Assembly (NCBI GenBank): GCA_015056475.1
Contig: SVGF01000001.1
Location: 1-50,264, forward strand
From: Clostridiales bacterium
Lineage (GTDB): Bacteria; Bacillota; Clostridia; HGM11327
Reading direction: 5' to 3'
Length of the DNA stretch: 50,264 bases
A program made the translations under genes and the position numbers. Positions 8,117 through 17,961 of the stretch are shown here, in pieces. Positions within the stretch are counted from its first letter, which is position 1; the number at the start of each line of letters is the position of its first letter. The notes below the pieces were generated by a model. The model did not search any database and had not been told where the DNA came from. It saw only the letters and a program-made list of their open reading frames with translations.

Positions 8117-9670
8117 TTACATCTTTTTTGTTATAGGTAATCTGAACCAGAATTTACAACCTCTGTTTGCGGGCATTTGATCCCTCGACAATACGCCAAA
8201 CTCTGCATTATGGAGCTCCAATATCGACTTAACAATATTCAAGCCAAGCCCCGAGCCATTATGCGCGCGTTTATACGTTTTATCCATCTTATAATATCTG
8301 TTCCAGATGGTTTTTATATCTTCTGCTGAGATACCGTCACCGCTGTCTACAATACCAATTTCAACAGTTTTTTGCCTGAGCCTTTCGGTCACGGTTTGCT
8401 CTATAGTTACAGTCATATCACTGCCCGTATGGGTTATGGCATTATTTATGAGATTATAGAGCACCTGAGTTATCTTAAGTTCGTCACCCCTTGCAGTCAC
8501 GCTGAACTCAGGGTCAAACACTATCTTGTATTCGTTATTGTGCAACAGCGCAATACGCTTTGCGGTTTCTTTAACCGTTGCTGTAAGATCAAACTCAGAC
8601 TCCTGAAGCTTTTGCACTCCTGCGTTGTATTTTGATACGTCCGCCATATCATTTACAAGAAGTATCATATGGCTGGCTTCGTCAATAATAACCTGAAGGT
8701 TGTCCTTATTATCCTCACCGGGGAAATCCTTCATCATCTCAGCGTAACCGCTTATGAGCGTAAGCGGTGTTCTTAAATCGTGAGAAACGTTTGCCATAAG
8801 CTCACGTCGCATATTTTCAACGCCCGAAAGCTCCGACGCCGCATAATTGAGCGCATCCGCAAGCTGTACGACCTCAGAATATGAGCCGCCCTCAAATCTT
8901 ACGCTGTAATCACCCTTACCAAGCTTTTTTGCATTCTGGCTGATATTATATATAGGGTCAACCACAAAGCTTGAAAGCACAGCCGATGCAACAACTGAAA
9001 ACAGCACCATTACCGAGCCGACGATCGCAAATATTGCACCAAACGATCTCTTAACAGAATTAAGAGGCGTAAGTACTGAATTAATAAGCAACAAGTGTTC
9101 CTTGCCGCTGGCATCAAGTATTATGCGGGCATGCATTATGCTCTCAAAATCATCTTCACCTTGCCAGCTTTCATCATCATCAAATAATGGGGGAGATTGT
9201 GCGCCCAGATCGTCTAAATTATCCGACGGAGTAGATCTGCCATAAAGCTGAACAAAGTCACCGCCGTTATCCTTTGCCTTTTTGTAAAAATAAGCAGCAC
9301 CGACTATGCCGTAGGAATGCACTCTGCATCCTCTGTTTACACATACCGACACGGTCTGATTAAATTTTTTGTCCCAAACTGATATGCACGAATCGTATTT
9401 TGTTGCGTTATCTTCAACTATACTTGTGAGCATACCCTCTGTTGCAATATGCGTATTTACGGATTCTGTTATGCTTTCAATAGCCTTACCAACGTTGGAC
9501 ACCTTTACTGCTTTGTAAATATCCTGCAGGAAAAATCGCTGTATTCCCCACAACAAAAGCAATACGACGCCCGTAAATATAAGCATAGCTACGAATATTC
9601 TCCAACGCATAGAAAAAAAGTGCCTATGCTTGCGGGCATATTCCGAATTAAGCTTCAAAGCGATAGCCAA
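8117..9670 (-). CDS. Sensor histidine kinase (two TM segments, extracytoplasmic loop)
   Basis: H-box SHDLRTPLT, N-box LINNAITHT, G-boxes DSGDGI and GSGLGLNIV. The start is uncertain: the TTG at 9670 overlaps the regulator gene, and there is an alternative ATG at 9610. Confidence 0.85.
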   Translation of the reverse strand: MAIALKLNSEYARKHRHFFSMRWRIFVAMLIFTGVVLLLLWGIQRFFLQDIYKAVKVSNVGKAIESITESVNTHIATEGMLTSIVEDNATKYDSCISVWDKKFNQTVSVCVNRGCRVHSYGIVGAAYFYKKAKDNGGDFVQLYGRSTPSDNLDDLGAQSPPLFDDDESWQGEDDFESIMHARIILDASGKEHLLLINSVLTPLNSVKRSFGAIFAIVGSVMVLFSVVASAVLSSFVVDPIYNISQNAKKLGKGDYSVRFEGGSYSEVVQLADALNYAASELSGVENMRRELMANVSHDLRTPLTLISGYAEMMKDFPGEDNKDNLQVIIDEASHMILLVNDMADVSKYNAGVQKLQESEFDLTATVKETAKRIALLHNNEYKIVFDPEFSVTARGDELKITQVLYNLINNAITHTGSDMTVTIEQTVTERLRQKTVEIGIVDSGDGISAEDIKTIWNRYYKMDKTYKRAHNGSGLGLNIVKSILELHNAEFGVLSRDQMPANRGCKFWFRLPITKKM

Positions 9671-10340
9671 CTCCCCTCAAAGTAACAAGATATGAGCTGC
9701 ACTCGCCAAGAGATTTTCTCAAAAGCTTTATGTGAGTGTCAAGCGTTCTTTCGTCACCGTAGAAATCGTATCCCCATACGTTGTCAAGGATCATATCCCT
9801 TGTAAGAGCAATATTCTTATTTCTTACCATATAGAACAAGAGGTCATATTCCTTTGGAGTAAGGTCTATTCTCTTTTCGTCTATGTAAACGAATCTGCCC
9901 GTAAAGTCGATCTTGAGCTTGCCGTAAGTAACTATATCGTGCAGTTGACCGTTGTCAACGCTTGAGCTTTTTGGAGTAGCTGCGTAACGGCGCAAAACTG
10001 CGGTTACTCTGAGCATGAGCTCCTTGGGAGAGAAGGGCTTTTCAACGTAATCGTCAATGCCTATCTCAAAGCCGTGGATCTTGTCATATTCCTCCGTTCT
10101 TGCCGAAAGCATTATTACCGGCACGTCGGATGTTTTTTTGATCTCCCTTACCGCGGAAAAGCCGTCCAGCTCGGGCATCATTATATCCATAATGACCATA
10201 TCAAACTCGTTCTTTTTGCAAAGCTCGATCGCCGATATGCCGTTATCCGCTTCGGTTATTTCGTGTCCCTCAAATATCGCGTATTTTTTTATAATGTTTC
10301 TTATGCCTGCTTCATCATCAGCAACAAGAATTTTTGCCAT
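9648..10340 (-). CDS. OmpR/PhoB-family response regulator
   Basis: Receiver domain motifs ILVADDE and DIMMPELDG. The winged-helix C-terminus reads LRGVGYRF. The start is the ATG at 10340, preceded by AAGGAG. Confidence 0.9.
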   Translation of the reverse strand: MAKILVADDEAGIRNIIKKYAIFEGHEITEADNGISAIELCKKNEFDMVIMDIMMPELDGFSAVREIKKTSDVPVIMLSARTEEYDKIHGFEIGIDDYVEKPFSPKELMLRVTAVLRRYAATPKSSSVDNGQLHDIVTYGKLKIDFTGRFVYIDEKRIDLTPKEYDLLFYMVRNKNIALTRDMILDNVWGYDFYGDERTLDTHIKLLRKSLGECSSYLVTLRGVGYRFEA

Positions 10341-10469
10341 ACATGTTCTCCTTATAGCTATAATACCGTCACAAAAACACACTATAACGGCTATTAATAT
10401 TATATTTCTTTTATGTGACAGTCATTTGATAAGAGTATGTTAATTGCCTATAAATCAGCAAAAATTAAT

Positions 10470-11762
10470 TTATCCAACTATCTTCTCGGCAATACGCTTT
10501 ACCTCAAAGACTGCCCTTTCTTCATCTGCGGAAAGCACCTTTCTGCCCTTCATAAGCACTCTGCCGTTACATATAACCGTATCAACGTCTGCACCTGATG
10601 CGCTGTAAACAAGTGCCGCATCGGGCTCTGTGGCAGGGGCAACGGATGGGGAATCCATATCGATGAGCACTATATCCGCCGTCATGCCCTCTTTTATTTC
10701 GCCAAGGTCATTTCTTGATATTGCCTTTGCGCCGTTTGACGTAGCAAGACTTATCACCTGCTTTGCGTTCATTGCGGTGGGGTCCATTGACAAGCCCTTA
10801 TAAATAAGCGAGGTCAAGCGCATTTCGTTGAGGACGGAAAGATTGTTATTGCTTGAAGCACCGTCCGTACCAAGTGTTACGTTTACACCTGCCGCCATAA
10901 GCTCAGGCAACGGAGCAATTCCGCTTGCAAGCTTTAAGTTACTGCTTATATTTGCCGCAACAGAAACGTCCTTTGCTTTTAATATCTCAATATCATTGTT
11001 AGTCATATGAACACAATGTGCCGCGATCTTTATTCCGTCAACGTCAAAATATCCAAGGCTGTCAAGATATTGAGTAGGTGTCATATTATGCTGAGCCATG
11101 CAGTCGTCAAACTCAGTCCTTGTTTCGGAAAGGTGAGTCTGCAAGCCCGAGCCTATATCGTTTGCCGCATCTACAACTCTCTTTATGTAATCGGTATCGC
11201 TTGTGTATATCGCGTGCGCGCCGAGTGTGGACATTATCCTTCCGTTGCAGGTGTTGTGGTATCTCTTAAAGAAATCAATGCTTTCCTTGAGCTTTGCTCC
11301 GGTTGGATCGGATATCCCCGAAACGCTACGTGAAAGCACAGCTCTGATACCCGTTTCTTCAACGGATCTTGCGGCTTCGTCCATAAAGAAATAATTGTCG
11401 CAATAGCAGGTAACGCCGGACTTTATCATTTCGATATTTGCCAGCTTTACGCACCAATAAGCCATTTCGGCAGTAAGCTCGTCCTCTGCGGGAAAGATCT
11501 TTGTAAAAAGCCAATCCTGCAGATTCATATCGTTTGCATAATTGCGCAAAAACGACATTGCGGTATGAGTATGAGTGTTCACAAGCCCCGCAACAGCCAA
11601 TTTACCCTTGCCGTCGATAACCTCATTATCGTCAACGGGAATATTTGCGTCGATTATCTTTTCTATTTTTTCGCCTTTTACAACGATCGAAGCGTTTTTT
11701 CTCAGCTCGTGGCTTTTTGCATCCTTTGAAACGGTCAATATATCTACGTTTTTAATTAACAT
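10470..11762 (-). CDS. mtaD: Amidohydrolase, 5-methylthioadenosine/S-adenosylhomocysteine deaminase type
   Basis: NTHTHTAMS metal-binding motif, 430 aa, immediately downstream of ahcY. Confidence 0.75.
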   Translation of the reverse strand: MLIKNVDILTVSKDAKSHELRKNASIVVKGEKIEKIIDANIPVDDNEVIDGKGKLAVAGLVNTHTHTAMSFLRNYANDMNLQDWLFTKIFPAEDELTAEMAYWCVKLANIEMIKSGVTCYCDNYFFMDEAARSVEETGIRAVLSRSVSGISDPTGAKLKESIDFFKRYHNTCNGRIMSTLGAHAIYTSDTDYIKRVVDAANDIGSGLQTHLSETRTEFDDCMAQHNMTPTQYLDSLGYFDVDGIKIAAHCVHMTNNDIEILKAKDVSVAANISSNLKLASGIAPLPELMAAGVNVTLGTDGASSNNNLSVLNEMRLTSLIYKGLSMDPTAMNAKQVISLATSNGAKAISRNDLGEIKEGMTADIVLIDMDSPSVAPATEPDAALVYSASGADVDTVICNGRVLMKGRKVLSADEERAVFEVKRIAEKIVG

Positions 11763-11765
11763 AAT

Positions 11766-13019
11766 TTACTCCGCATTCCAAGCGTTAACGTATTCCTTCT
11801 GAGCATCGGTGAGCACGTCAACAGCCACGCCCATGCTGTCAAGCTTTATTCTTGCAACCTGATCGTCTATCTCGTCAGGCACCTGAATGAGCTTGTTGGG
11901 CAAAGTTTTGCCAACCTTATTGAGATACAATACCGACTGAAGCTGAATAGCAAAGCTCATATCCATTATCTCAGCAGGGTGACCGTCACCTGCGGCGAGG
12001 TTAACAAGTCTGCCTTCTGCCAAAAGGTTCAATTCTCTGCCGTCCGCCATAACGTATGTCATAATGTTGTCCCTTGACTCAAACGTATCAACGCTTAACG
12101 CCAAAAGATCGGGCTTATTTATTTCAACGTCAAAATGTCCCGCATTTGCAAGGAGCACGCCGTTTTTCATCTTTTCGTAATGTCTGCCTACAATAACGTC
12201 ATTGCAGCCCGTAAGCGTTACAAAAACGTCACCCAAGCCGGCAGCCTCGTCCATTGTCATCACTCTGAAGCCGTCCATATAAGCTTCAATAGCCTTAACG
12301 GGATCGATCTCGGTTACAATTACGTTTGCACCAAGCCCTGCAGCCTTTGCCGCAACGCCTCTGCCGCACCAGCCGTAGCCTGCCACTACAACGGTCTTGC
12401 CTGCAACCACGAGGTTTGTTGTGCGCATTATGCCGTCCCAAACGGATTGACCCGTGCCGTAACGGTTGTCAAACAGGTGCTTGCACTTTGCGTAGTTAAC
12501 AGCTATCATGGGCATTTTAAGCACGCCCTCGCGCTCCATCGCCTTAAGACGCATAATGCCCGTTGTAGTTTCCTCGCAACCGCCTATAAGCTTATCCAAA
12601 AGATGAGTTTTTGTTGTATGGAGAATGTTTACAAAGTCACCGCCATCGTCAATTATAATGTCGGGCTCAATGTCAAGAGCCATATTGAGATGTCTGTGAT
12701 ACTGCTCGGGAGTTGCACCGTGAATACCGTAGACGTTAAGTCCCTCCTCGGCAAGTGCCGCCGCAATGGGGTCCTGTGTAGAAAGGGGGTTACAGCCCGT
12801 TACTGCGCACTCTGCACCCAAATTTTTGAGCACCAATGCAAGGTAAGCCGTTTTTGCTTCAAGATGTACCGAAACCGCTATCTTTTTACCCTTGAGGGGC
12901 TTTTCGTCGGAAAGTCTTTTTTCATACTCCGACAATATGGGCATATGCTTTTTTACCCATTCAATTCTTCGTCTGCCCTCGGGAGCGAGGGTTATATCCT
13001 TTATTTCATAATTAGCCAT
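11766..13019 (-). CDS. ahcY: Adenosylhomocysteinase
   Basis: 417 aa, with the NAD-binding motif VAGYGWCGRG and a typical N-terminus, EIKDITLAPEGRRRIEW. Confidence 0.9.
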   Translation of the reverse strand: MANYEIKDITLAPEGRRRIEWVKKHMPILSEYEKRLSDEKPLKGKKIAVSVHLEAKTAYLALVLKNLGAECAVTGCNPLSTQDPIAAALAEEGLNVYGIHGATPEQYHRHLNMALDIEPDIIIDDGGDFVNILHTTKTHLLDKLIGGCEETTTGIMRLKAMEREGVLKMPMIAVNYAKCKHLFDNRYGTGQSVWDGIMRTTNLVVAGKTVVVAGYGWCGRGVAAKAAGLGANVIVTEIDPVKAIEAYMDGFRVMTMDEAAGLGDVFVTLTGCNDVIVGRHYEKMKNGVLLANAGHFDVEINKPDLLALSVDTFESRDNIMTYVMADGRELNLLAEGRLVNLAAGDGHPAEIMDMSFAIQLQSVLYLNKVGKTLPNKLIQVPDEIDDQVARIKLDSMGVAVDVLTDAQKEYVNAWNAE

Positions 13020-13620
13020 TACTGTTTTCCTTTGCTATGTCTTTTAGTATTTTATCAATGGTAGCATAAAGCTCTTGTATCGTGCCGTCATTTGATATTA
13101 GTCTGTCTGCAAGCTTCTTTTTTTCTTCAATTGAGGATTGATTTTTTATTCTCTCCTGCACCTGCTCAAGTGTTGCGTTGTCGCGTGCCATAGCCCTTTG
13201 TATCTGCACCTCGGGTGAAGTATAAACCACCCAAAGCTCATCGCAAAGCGTATGCATACCCGCCTCAATGAGCAACGGAGCGTCTATCACAGCAACGCCA
13301 CAACCCTTTGCTTTATACTCTGCCAAAAGCTCGTGAGTCCTTGCTATAACCTCGGGATGGATTATTGAATTGAGCTTTTGCAACAAGCTTTTATCCGCAA
13401 ATACTATGGATGCAAGCTTTTTGCGATCGATAGCACCATCCTTTAACAATATTTGGGCAGAGAATTCCTCTACTGCGCGGTTGTAACCGTTTGTACCCTT
13501 ATCAAGCACGTGACGGGATTCCTCGTCGCAATCGATTACGGGAATATTTTTTTGTTTAAGATAGGCGGATACCGTGGACTTGCCCGATGCCATGCCGCCC
13601 GTAAGTCCTATTACTATCAT
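13012..13620 (-). CDS. coaE: Dephospho-CoA kinase
   Basis: P-loop GLTGGMASGKST, 202 aa. It overlaps polA by 4 nt and ahcY by 8 nt. Confidence 0.9.
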   Translation of the reverse strand: MIVIGLTGGMASGKSTVSAYLKQKNIPVIDCDEESRHVLDKGTNGYNRAVEEFSAQILLKDGAIDRKKLASIVFADKSLLQKLNSIIHPEVIARTHELLAEYKAKGCGVAVIDAPLLIEAGMHTLCDELWVVYTSPEVQIQRAMARDNATLEQVQERIKNQSSIEEKKKLADRLISNDGTIQELYATIDKILKDIAKENSNG

Positions 13621-16178
13621 GCTTTGGCCTCATTCCAGCTATTGCCAACGCCAACGTCCGCAATAAGCGGTACCGAAAGCTTTGCGGCGGATTCCATTCT
13701 GGCTCTCAATATTGAGCTTACCTCGTTGACCTCGTCCTTATGAGCAAGCACAACGAGCTCGTCATGTACCTGAAGTATGAGCTTTGACCTTAAGCCCCTC
13801 GCCTTAAGCTCGTTATAAACGCTTACCATAGCGATCTTAATGATATCTGCCGCAGTCCCCTGCACGGGCATATTTATTGCAATGCGCTCGCTTGCCTTGC
13901 GGAGCATAAAATTCCTTGAGTTAATATCGTGCAAGCCCCTTCTTCTACCAAAAATAGTCTTGCAATACTCATTTTCGCGTGCAAACTCAATGCTTGAATC
14001 CATAAACTGAGTTATTGTCGGGAATTTTACAAAATACTCGTCTATTATCTTCTTTGCTGCAAACTTTGAAACCCCAAGGTTTCGCGCAAGCCCAAAATCG
14101 GATATACCGTAAATTATTCCGAAGTTTACAGCTTTTGCCTGGCTTCTCATTTCATCCGTTACAAAATCGTATGCCGAATTGAATACGCGAGCCGCCGTTG
14201 CCTTGTGGATATCCTCGCCGTTTACAAATGCGTCGATGAATTTTTCATCTCCCGACATATGTGCAAACACTCTGAGCTCGATCTGTGAATAGTCCGCATC
14301 CACAAGCACCCATTCGTCGCCACCGGAAACAAAGGCTTCTCTTATCATTGCGCCAACCTTTGTTCTTACGGGGATGTTTTGCAGGTTCGGCTCTGTACTG
14401 CTGAGTCTGCCCGTATTGGTGATGGTCTGATTAAAGGTAGTGTGCACCTTACCGTTTTCATCGGCAGCCTCGGTAAGCCCGTCAATATAAGTAGATTTGA
14501 GCTTTACAAGCTGGCGATAATCAATTATATGATCGATTATCTCGTGGTCGCCCCTCAACTGCTCCAGCACTTCATTATCTGTGGAATATCCCGTTTTTGT
14601 TTTCTTTACGGGCTTGAGCTTTAACGTTTCAAAAAGCACCGTGCTCAACTGCTTTGTGGAATTGACGTTGAATTCTCCGCCTGCAAGATCATAAATACTT
14701 TGCGATAGAAACGCGATCCTCTCGTCGTAATCCTTACCAAGCTGTTTGAGCATATCAATATCCACCGTAAAGCCCTCGACCTCCATTGAGTAAAGCACGT
14801 CAATAAGCGGATGCTCAACGTCGGTATAGAGCGAATACATATTCTGCGCCTTGAGCTCACTTTCAAGTGTGTTTTTAAGCTCTGTAAGGCAGCAGGACTC
14901 CTTTTTGCAATCCTTGCCGATGAACTTTGTTGCAAAATAATCAACGTCCTTACGCCAATTTACAGCGTCAAGAAGGTATGCCGCAACGGAATAATCAAAA
15001 TCCGCATTGTTGATTTCGATTCCGCAGGCATCTGCAATATGCTTTAACTGCTTAATATCCTGCAAATACTTGGATATAGAACCGTCTTCAAATATAAGCT
15101 TTAATTCTTCAACTATCGATTTAATATCTCTCGTGGTGGTGTAGACGTTTTTTGCCGTCCACAAAATACATCCGTTTTCAACAAGGGCATTTGTACCCTC
15201 CCAGAATATTGATACCTCACCCGCGGACCTTATGTCCTGAATCACCGCATCAATTCCGCAATTATCAATATCAAGGCAGGTGGATAAATTATCCTCTTTA
15301 TCATTTTGAGCGTCGTCCGCTTTTAATGAGTCGAGCAATTTATTCATCTCAAGCATTCTGAGCATATCGCAAAGCTCCTTTGTTGCCTTGGGCTCATAGA
15401 TCTCATCCGTCACGTCAACGAGCTCAACGGGAGCGTTTCGCACTATACGAGCTAACGTCTGGCTGAGATATGCATTATCCTTATTCTCTGAAAGCTTTGT
15501 TTTTGTGTTGTTTGACTTTATTGAGTCTATATTCTGATAAATACCGTCAAGCGTGCCGTATTCCGAAAGCAAATTGGTGGCAGTTTTGGGACCTATACCC
15601 GCTACACCGGGGATATTGTCAGAAGAATCGCCCATCAAAGCCTTGCAATCAACAAATTGCTCGGGTAAAATACCGTATTCTTCCTTAAATACGTCAGTTG
15701 TATATTCCACCAGCGTTGAAACGCCCTTTTTAGTATATAAAACGGTAGTATTACCGCCAATAAGCTGGAGGGAATCCCTATCACCTGTAACGAGATAAGT
15801 CCTGTAACCTGCATCGTTTGAGAGCTTTGAAAGAGTGCCCAAAATATCGTCCGCCTCAAATCCCGGTACACTCAATACCGTAACGCCCATCTTTGTCAAA
15901 AGCTCCTTCAAAAGCTCTATCTGTGACAAAAGCTGTTCGGGAGTTGCACTTCTGCCCGCCTTGTAGCCGTCAAACATTTTGTGTCTGAACGTCGGCTCTT
16001 TAAGGTCAAACGCAACTGCTACAGCGTTCGGCTTGTACTGCTGTGTTATTTTTATGAGCATATTTACAAAGCCGTAAAGGGCGTTAGTATATATTCCGCC
16101 CGCGGTCACAAGCTCTGGCACTGCGTGAAATGCCCTGAACGCTATGCTGTGGCCGTCAAGCACCATTAATTTCTTCAT
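13617..16178 (-). CDS. polA: DNA polymerase I
   Basis: N-terminal 5-prime nuclease domain. Polymerase motifs DYSQIELR, KAVNFGIIYG and QVHDEL. Confidence 0.95.
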   Translation of the reverse strand: MKKLMVLDGHSIAFRAFHAVPELVTAGGIYTNALYGFVNMLIKITQQYKPNAVAVAFDLKEPTFRHKMFDGYKAGRSATPEQLLSQIELLKELLTKMGVTVLSVPGFEADDILGTLSKLSNDAGYRTYLVTGDRDSLQLIGGNTTVLYTKKGVSTLVEYTTDVFKEEYGILPEQFVDCKALMGDSSDNIPGVAGIGPKTATNLLSEYGTLDGIYQNIDSIKSNNTKTKLSENKDNAYLSQTLARIVRNAPVELVDVTDEIYEPKATKELCDMLRMLEMNKLLDSLKADDAQNDKEDNLSTCLDIDNCGIDAVIQDIRSAGEVSIFWEGTNALVENGCILWTAKNVYTTTRDIKSIVEELKLIFEDGSISKYLQDIKQLKHIADACGIEINNADFDYSVAAYLLDAVNWRKDVDYFATKFIGKDCKKESCCLTELKNTLESELKAQNMYSLYTDVEHPLIDVLYSMEVEGFTVDIDMLKQLGKDYDERIAFLSQSIYDLAGGEFNVNSTKQLSTVLFETLKLKPVKKTKTGYSTDNEVLEQLRGDHEIIDHIIDYRQLVKLKSTYIDGLTEAADENGKVHTTFNQTITNTGRLSSTEPNLQNIPVRTKVGAMIREAFVSGGDEWVLVDADYSQIELRVFAHMSGDEKFIDAFVNGEDIHKATAARVFNSAYDFVTDEMRSQAKAVNFGIIYGISDFGLARNLGVSKFAAKKIIDEYFVKFPTITQFMDSSIEFARENEYCKTIFGRRRGLHDINSRNFMLRKASERIAINMPVQGTAADIIKIAMVSVYNELKARGLRSKLILQVHDELVVLAHKDEVNEVSSILRARMESAAKLSVPLIADVGVGNSWNEAKA

Positions 16179-16189
16179 ATTTTTTCCTT

Positions 16190-16807
16190 TTATTTTTTGT
16201 AATTGAGGACAGCTGTAAACGGATCCTCATCACCCGTTATACTGATCGTGTTGTTGTTTACAAACACAACGTTTGTTCTGAGGGCTGTAAAATCCATTAT
16301 GCTTTCAAGCACTTCATAGCCGTAATCCGCAGTCTTGTAGTGCATGGGTATTATAACCTTGGGCTCTATCTTATCGCAGAGCGCGCTTGCCTGCTTTGAA
16401 TCAAGCGTATAAGTGCCGCCCGTGGGTATCATAATGCAATCGGCATGGCTTACAGCTTCAAGCGTATCAGCATCAAGCTCACAGCCGAGGTCGCCAAAGT
16501 GAACGAGCTTAAGTCCATCTACCTTTATAACCGTAATATTATTGCTTCCGCGCTTATTGCCGCAAGCGTCGTCATGATAGCTCGGGATGAGCGTTACTTC
16601 AAACGGCGACTTTCTTTTTCTTAATAATTTTACACCGTCAACATAATTATGATCGTGATGCTGATGCGAGCAAAATACCTCGTGTGCTCTTGTTTTTACG
16701 GGCTCATAGCCGTCAACGTCGTCAAACGGATCAAGCACCAATTTATACTCGTCATACTCTATTTCAAAACATGCGTGACCAAGCCACTTTACTTTTACTG
16801 TACTCAT
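16190..16807 (-). CDS. Metallo-beta-lactamase-fold hydrolase
   Basis: HQHHDH motif. I chose the start at 16807 because it is preceded by AAAGGAGGA. Confidence 0.75.
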   Translation of the reverse strand: MSTVKVKWLGHACFEIEYDEYKLVLDPFDDVDGYEPVKTRAHEVFCSHQHHDHNYVDGVKLLRKRKSPFEVTLIPSYHDDACGNKRGSNNITVIKVDGLKLVHFGDLGCELDADTLEAVSHADCIMIPTGGTYTLDSKQASALCDKIEPKVIIPMHYKTADYGYEVLESIMDFTALRTNVVFVNNNTISITGDEDPFTAVLNYKK

Positions 16808-16818
16808 ATTATCCTCCT

Positions 16819-17949
16819 TTATGCTGTATAAACACATTTTCCGTTAACAAAAGTCTTGCAAACGTTGAAATCATCGTCAATTATTATCAGATCCGCATCA
16901 TAGCCGTCCTTGATAAGGCCTTTTTTATTCTCAAAGCCCAAAGCCTTTGCGGGATTGTACGAGAGGAATTTAGAAACGTCCTCAATGGAATATCCTATCG
17001 ATACCATGTTTTTCATGGCGGTATCAAGAGTCAAAGTGCTTCCCGCAAGCGCACCGCCTGCGATCCTTGCAACACCCGAGTTTACAAAAACTTCAAGTCC
17101 GCCAAGATCGTACACACCGTCACCAAGGCCCGTGCCCGAGATAGCGTCACTTATCATTATTGTATGCTCTTTACCTGCACACTTTATTGCAACGTTTATT
17201 GCCGCAGGATGAACGTGAACAAAGTCGCATATGAGCTGAATGTCTGCGCCCCTGCCTTCAAGCACTGCACCAACAACACCGGGATCTCTGTGCTTGAGAG
17301 GAGTCATTGCGTTGTAGAAATGCGTCATCATTGTGCAGCCCTGTTCTATTGCCTTTACTGCGCAATCATAATCCGCACCTGTGTGACCTATAGCGCACAC
17401 AACGCCCCTTGCTCTGAGATCCGAAATAAGCTTATCCGAGCCATCAAGCTCGGGAGAGAGTGCGAGCATTTTAAGAATATCCTTATTGTCGCCGAGCATA
17501 GCATCCACGTTTTGGATGGTCGCCTGCTGAGTAAATGCAGGGTTCTGCGCACCTATAGCCTTGTCGGAAAATATCGGTCCTTCCATGTGCAGACCAACTA
17601 TCTCGGCACCCGTTGTACCCGTTTTCATTTTCTGTGCGATTGCCTTTACTGCGTTTGCAATAACGTTTTTGTCGGTCGTGCTTGTTGTTGCAACCACGGA
17701 TGTCGTACCGTGGCTTGCAAGGAAGTTTGCAATAACGTCAAGACCGTCAGAATTTCCGTCGTTAAAATCATGGCCGCACACACCGTGAATGTGTATATCC
17801 ATAAATCCCGGCAGAATCATTTTGCCGCCTGCGTCGATTATATCATCGCAATTTGCGCACTCGGATGCTATTTTTCCGTTTTTGATATAAATATCCTTAT
17901 TCTCAAAACCGTTTTCGGTCAATACTCTTGCATTAATTATTTTTGTCAT
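16819..17949 (-). CDS. nagA: N-acetylglucosamine(/galactosamine)-6-phosphate deacetylase
   Basis: Amidohydrolase motifs DIHIHG, HMEGP, GHTGA and HFYNAM. 376 aa. Confidence 0.85.
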   Translation of the reverse strand: MTKIINARVLTENGFENKDIYIKNGKIASECANCDDIIDAGGKMILPGFMDIHIHGVCGHDFNDGNSDGLDVIANFLASHGTTSVVATTSTTDKNVIANAVKAIAQKMKTGTTGAEIVGLHMEGPIFSDKAIGAQNPAFTQQATIQNVDAMLGDNKDILKMLALSPELDGSDKLISDLRARGVVCAIGHTGADYDCAVKAIEQGCTMMTHFYNAMTPLKHRDPGVVGAVLEGRGADIQLICDFVHVHPAAINVAIKCAGKEHTIMISDAISGTGLGDGVYDLGGLEVFVNSGVARIAGGALAGSTLTLDTAMKNMVSIGYSIEDVSKFLSYNPAKALGFENKKGLIKDGYDADLIIIDDDFNVCKTFVNGKCVYTA

Positions 17950-17961
17950 ATTTCCTCCAAA

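Noticed and set aside
12135-13064. 309-aa plus-strand ORF antisense to ahcY
   Set aside because: It is a shadow ORF opposite a highly conserved gene. There is no RBS and the amino-acid composition is implausible.
13617-16178. Apparent absence of the 3-prime-5-prime exonuclease DxE motif in PolA
   Set aside because: Exonuclease-deficient Pol I is common in Firmicutes, so this is not unusual. I also cannot align the middle domain rigorously by eye.
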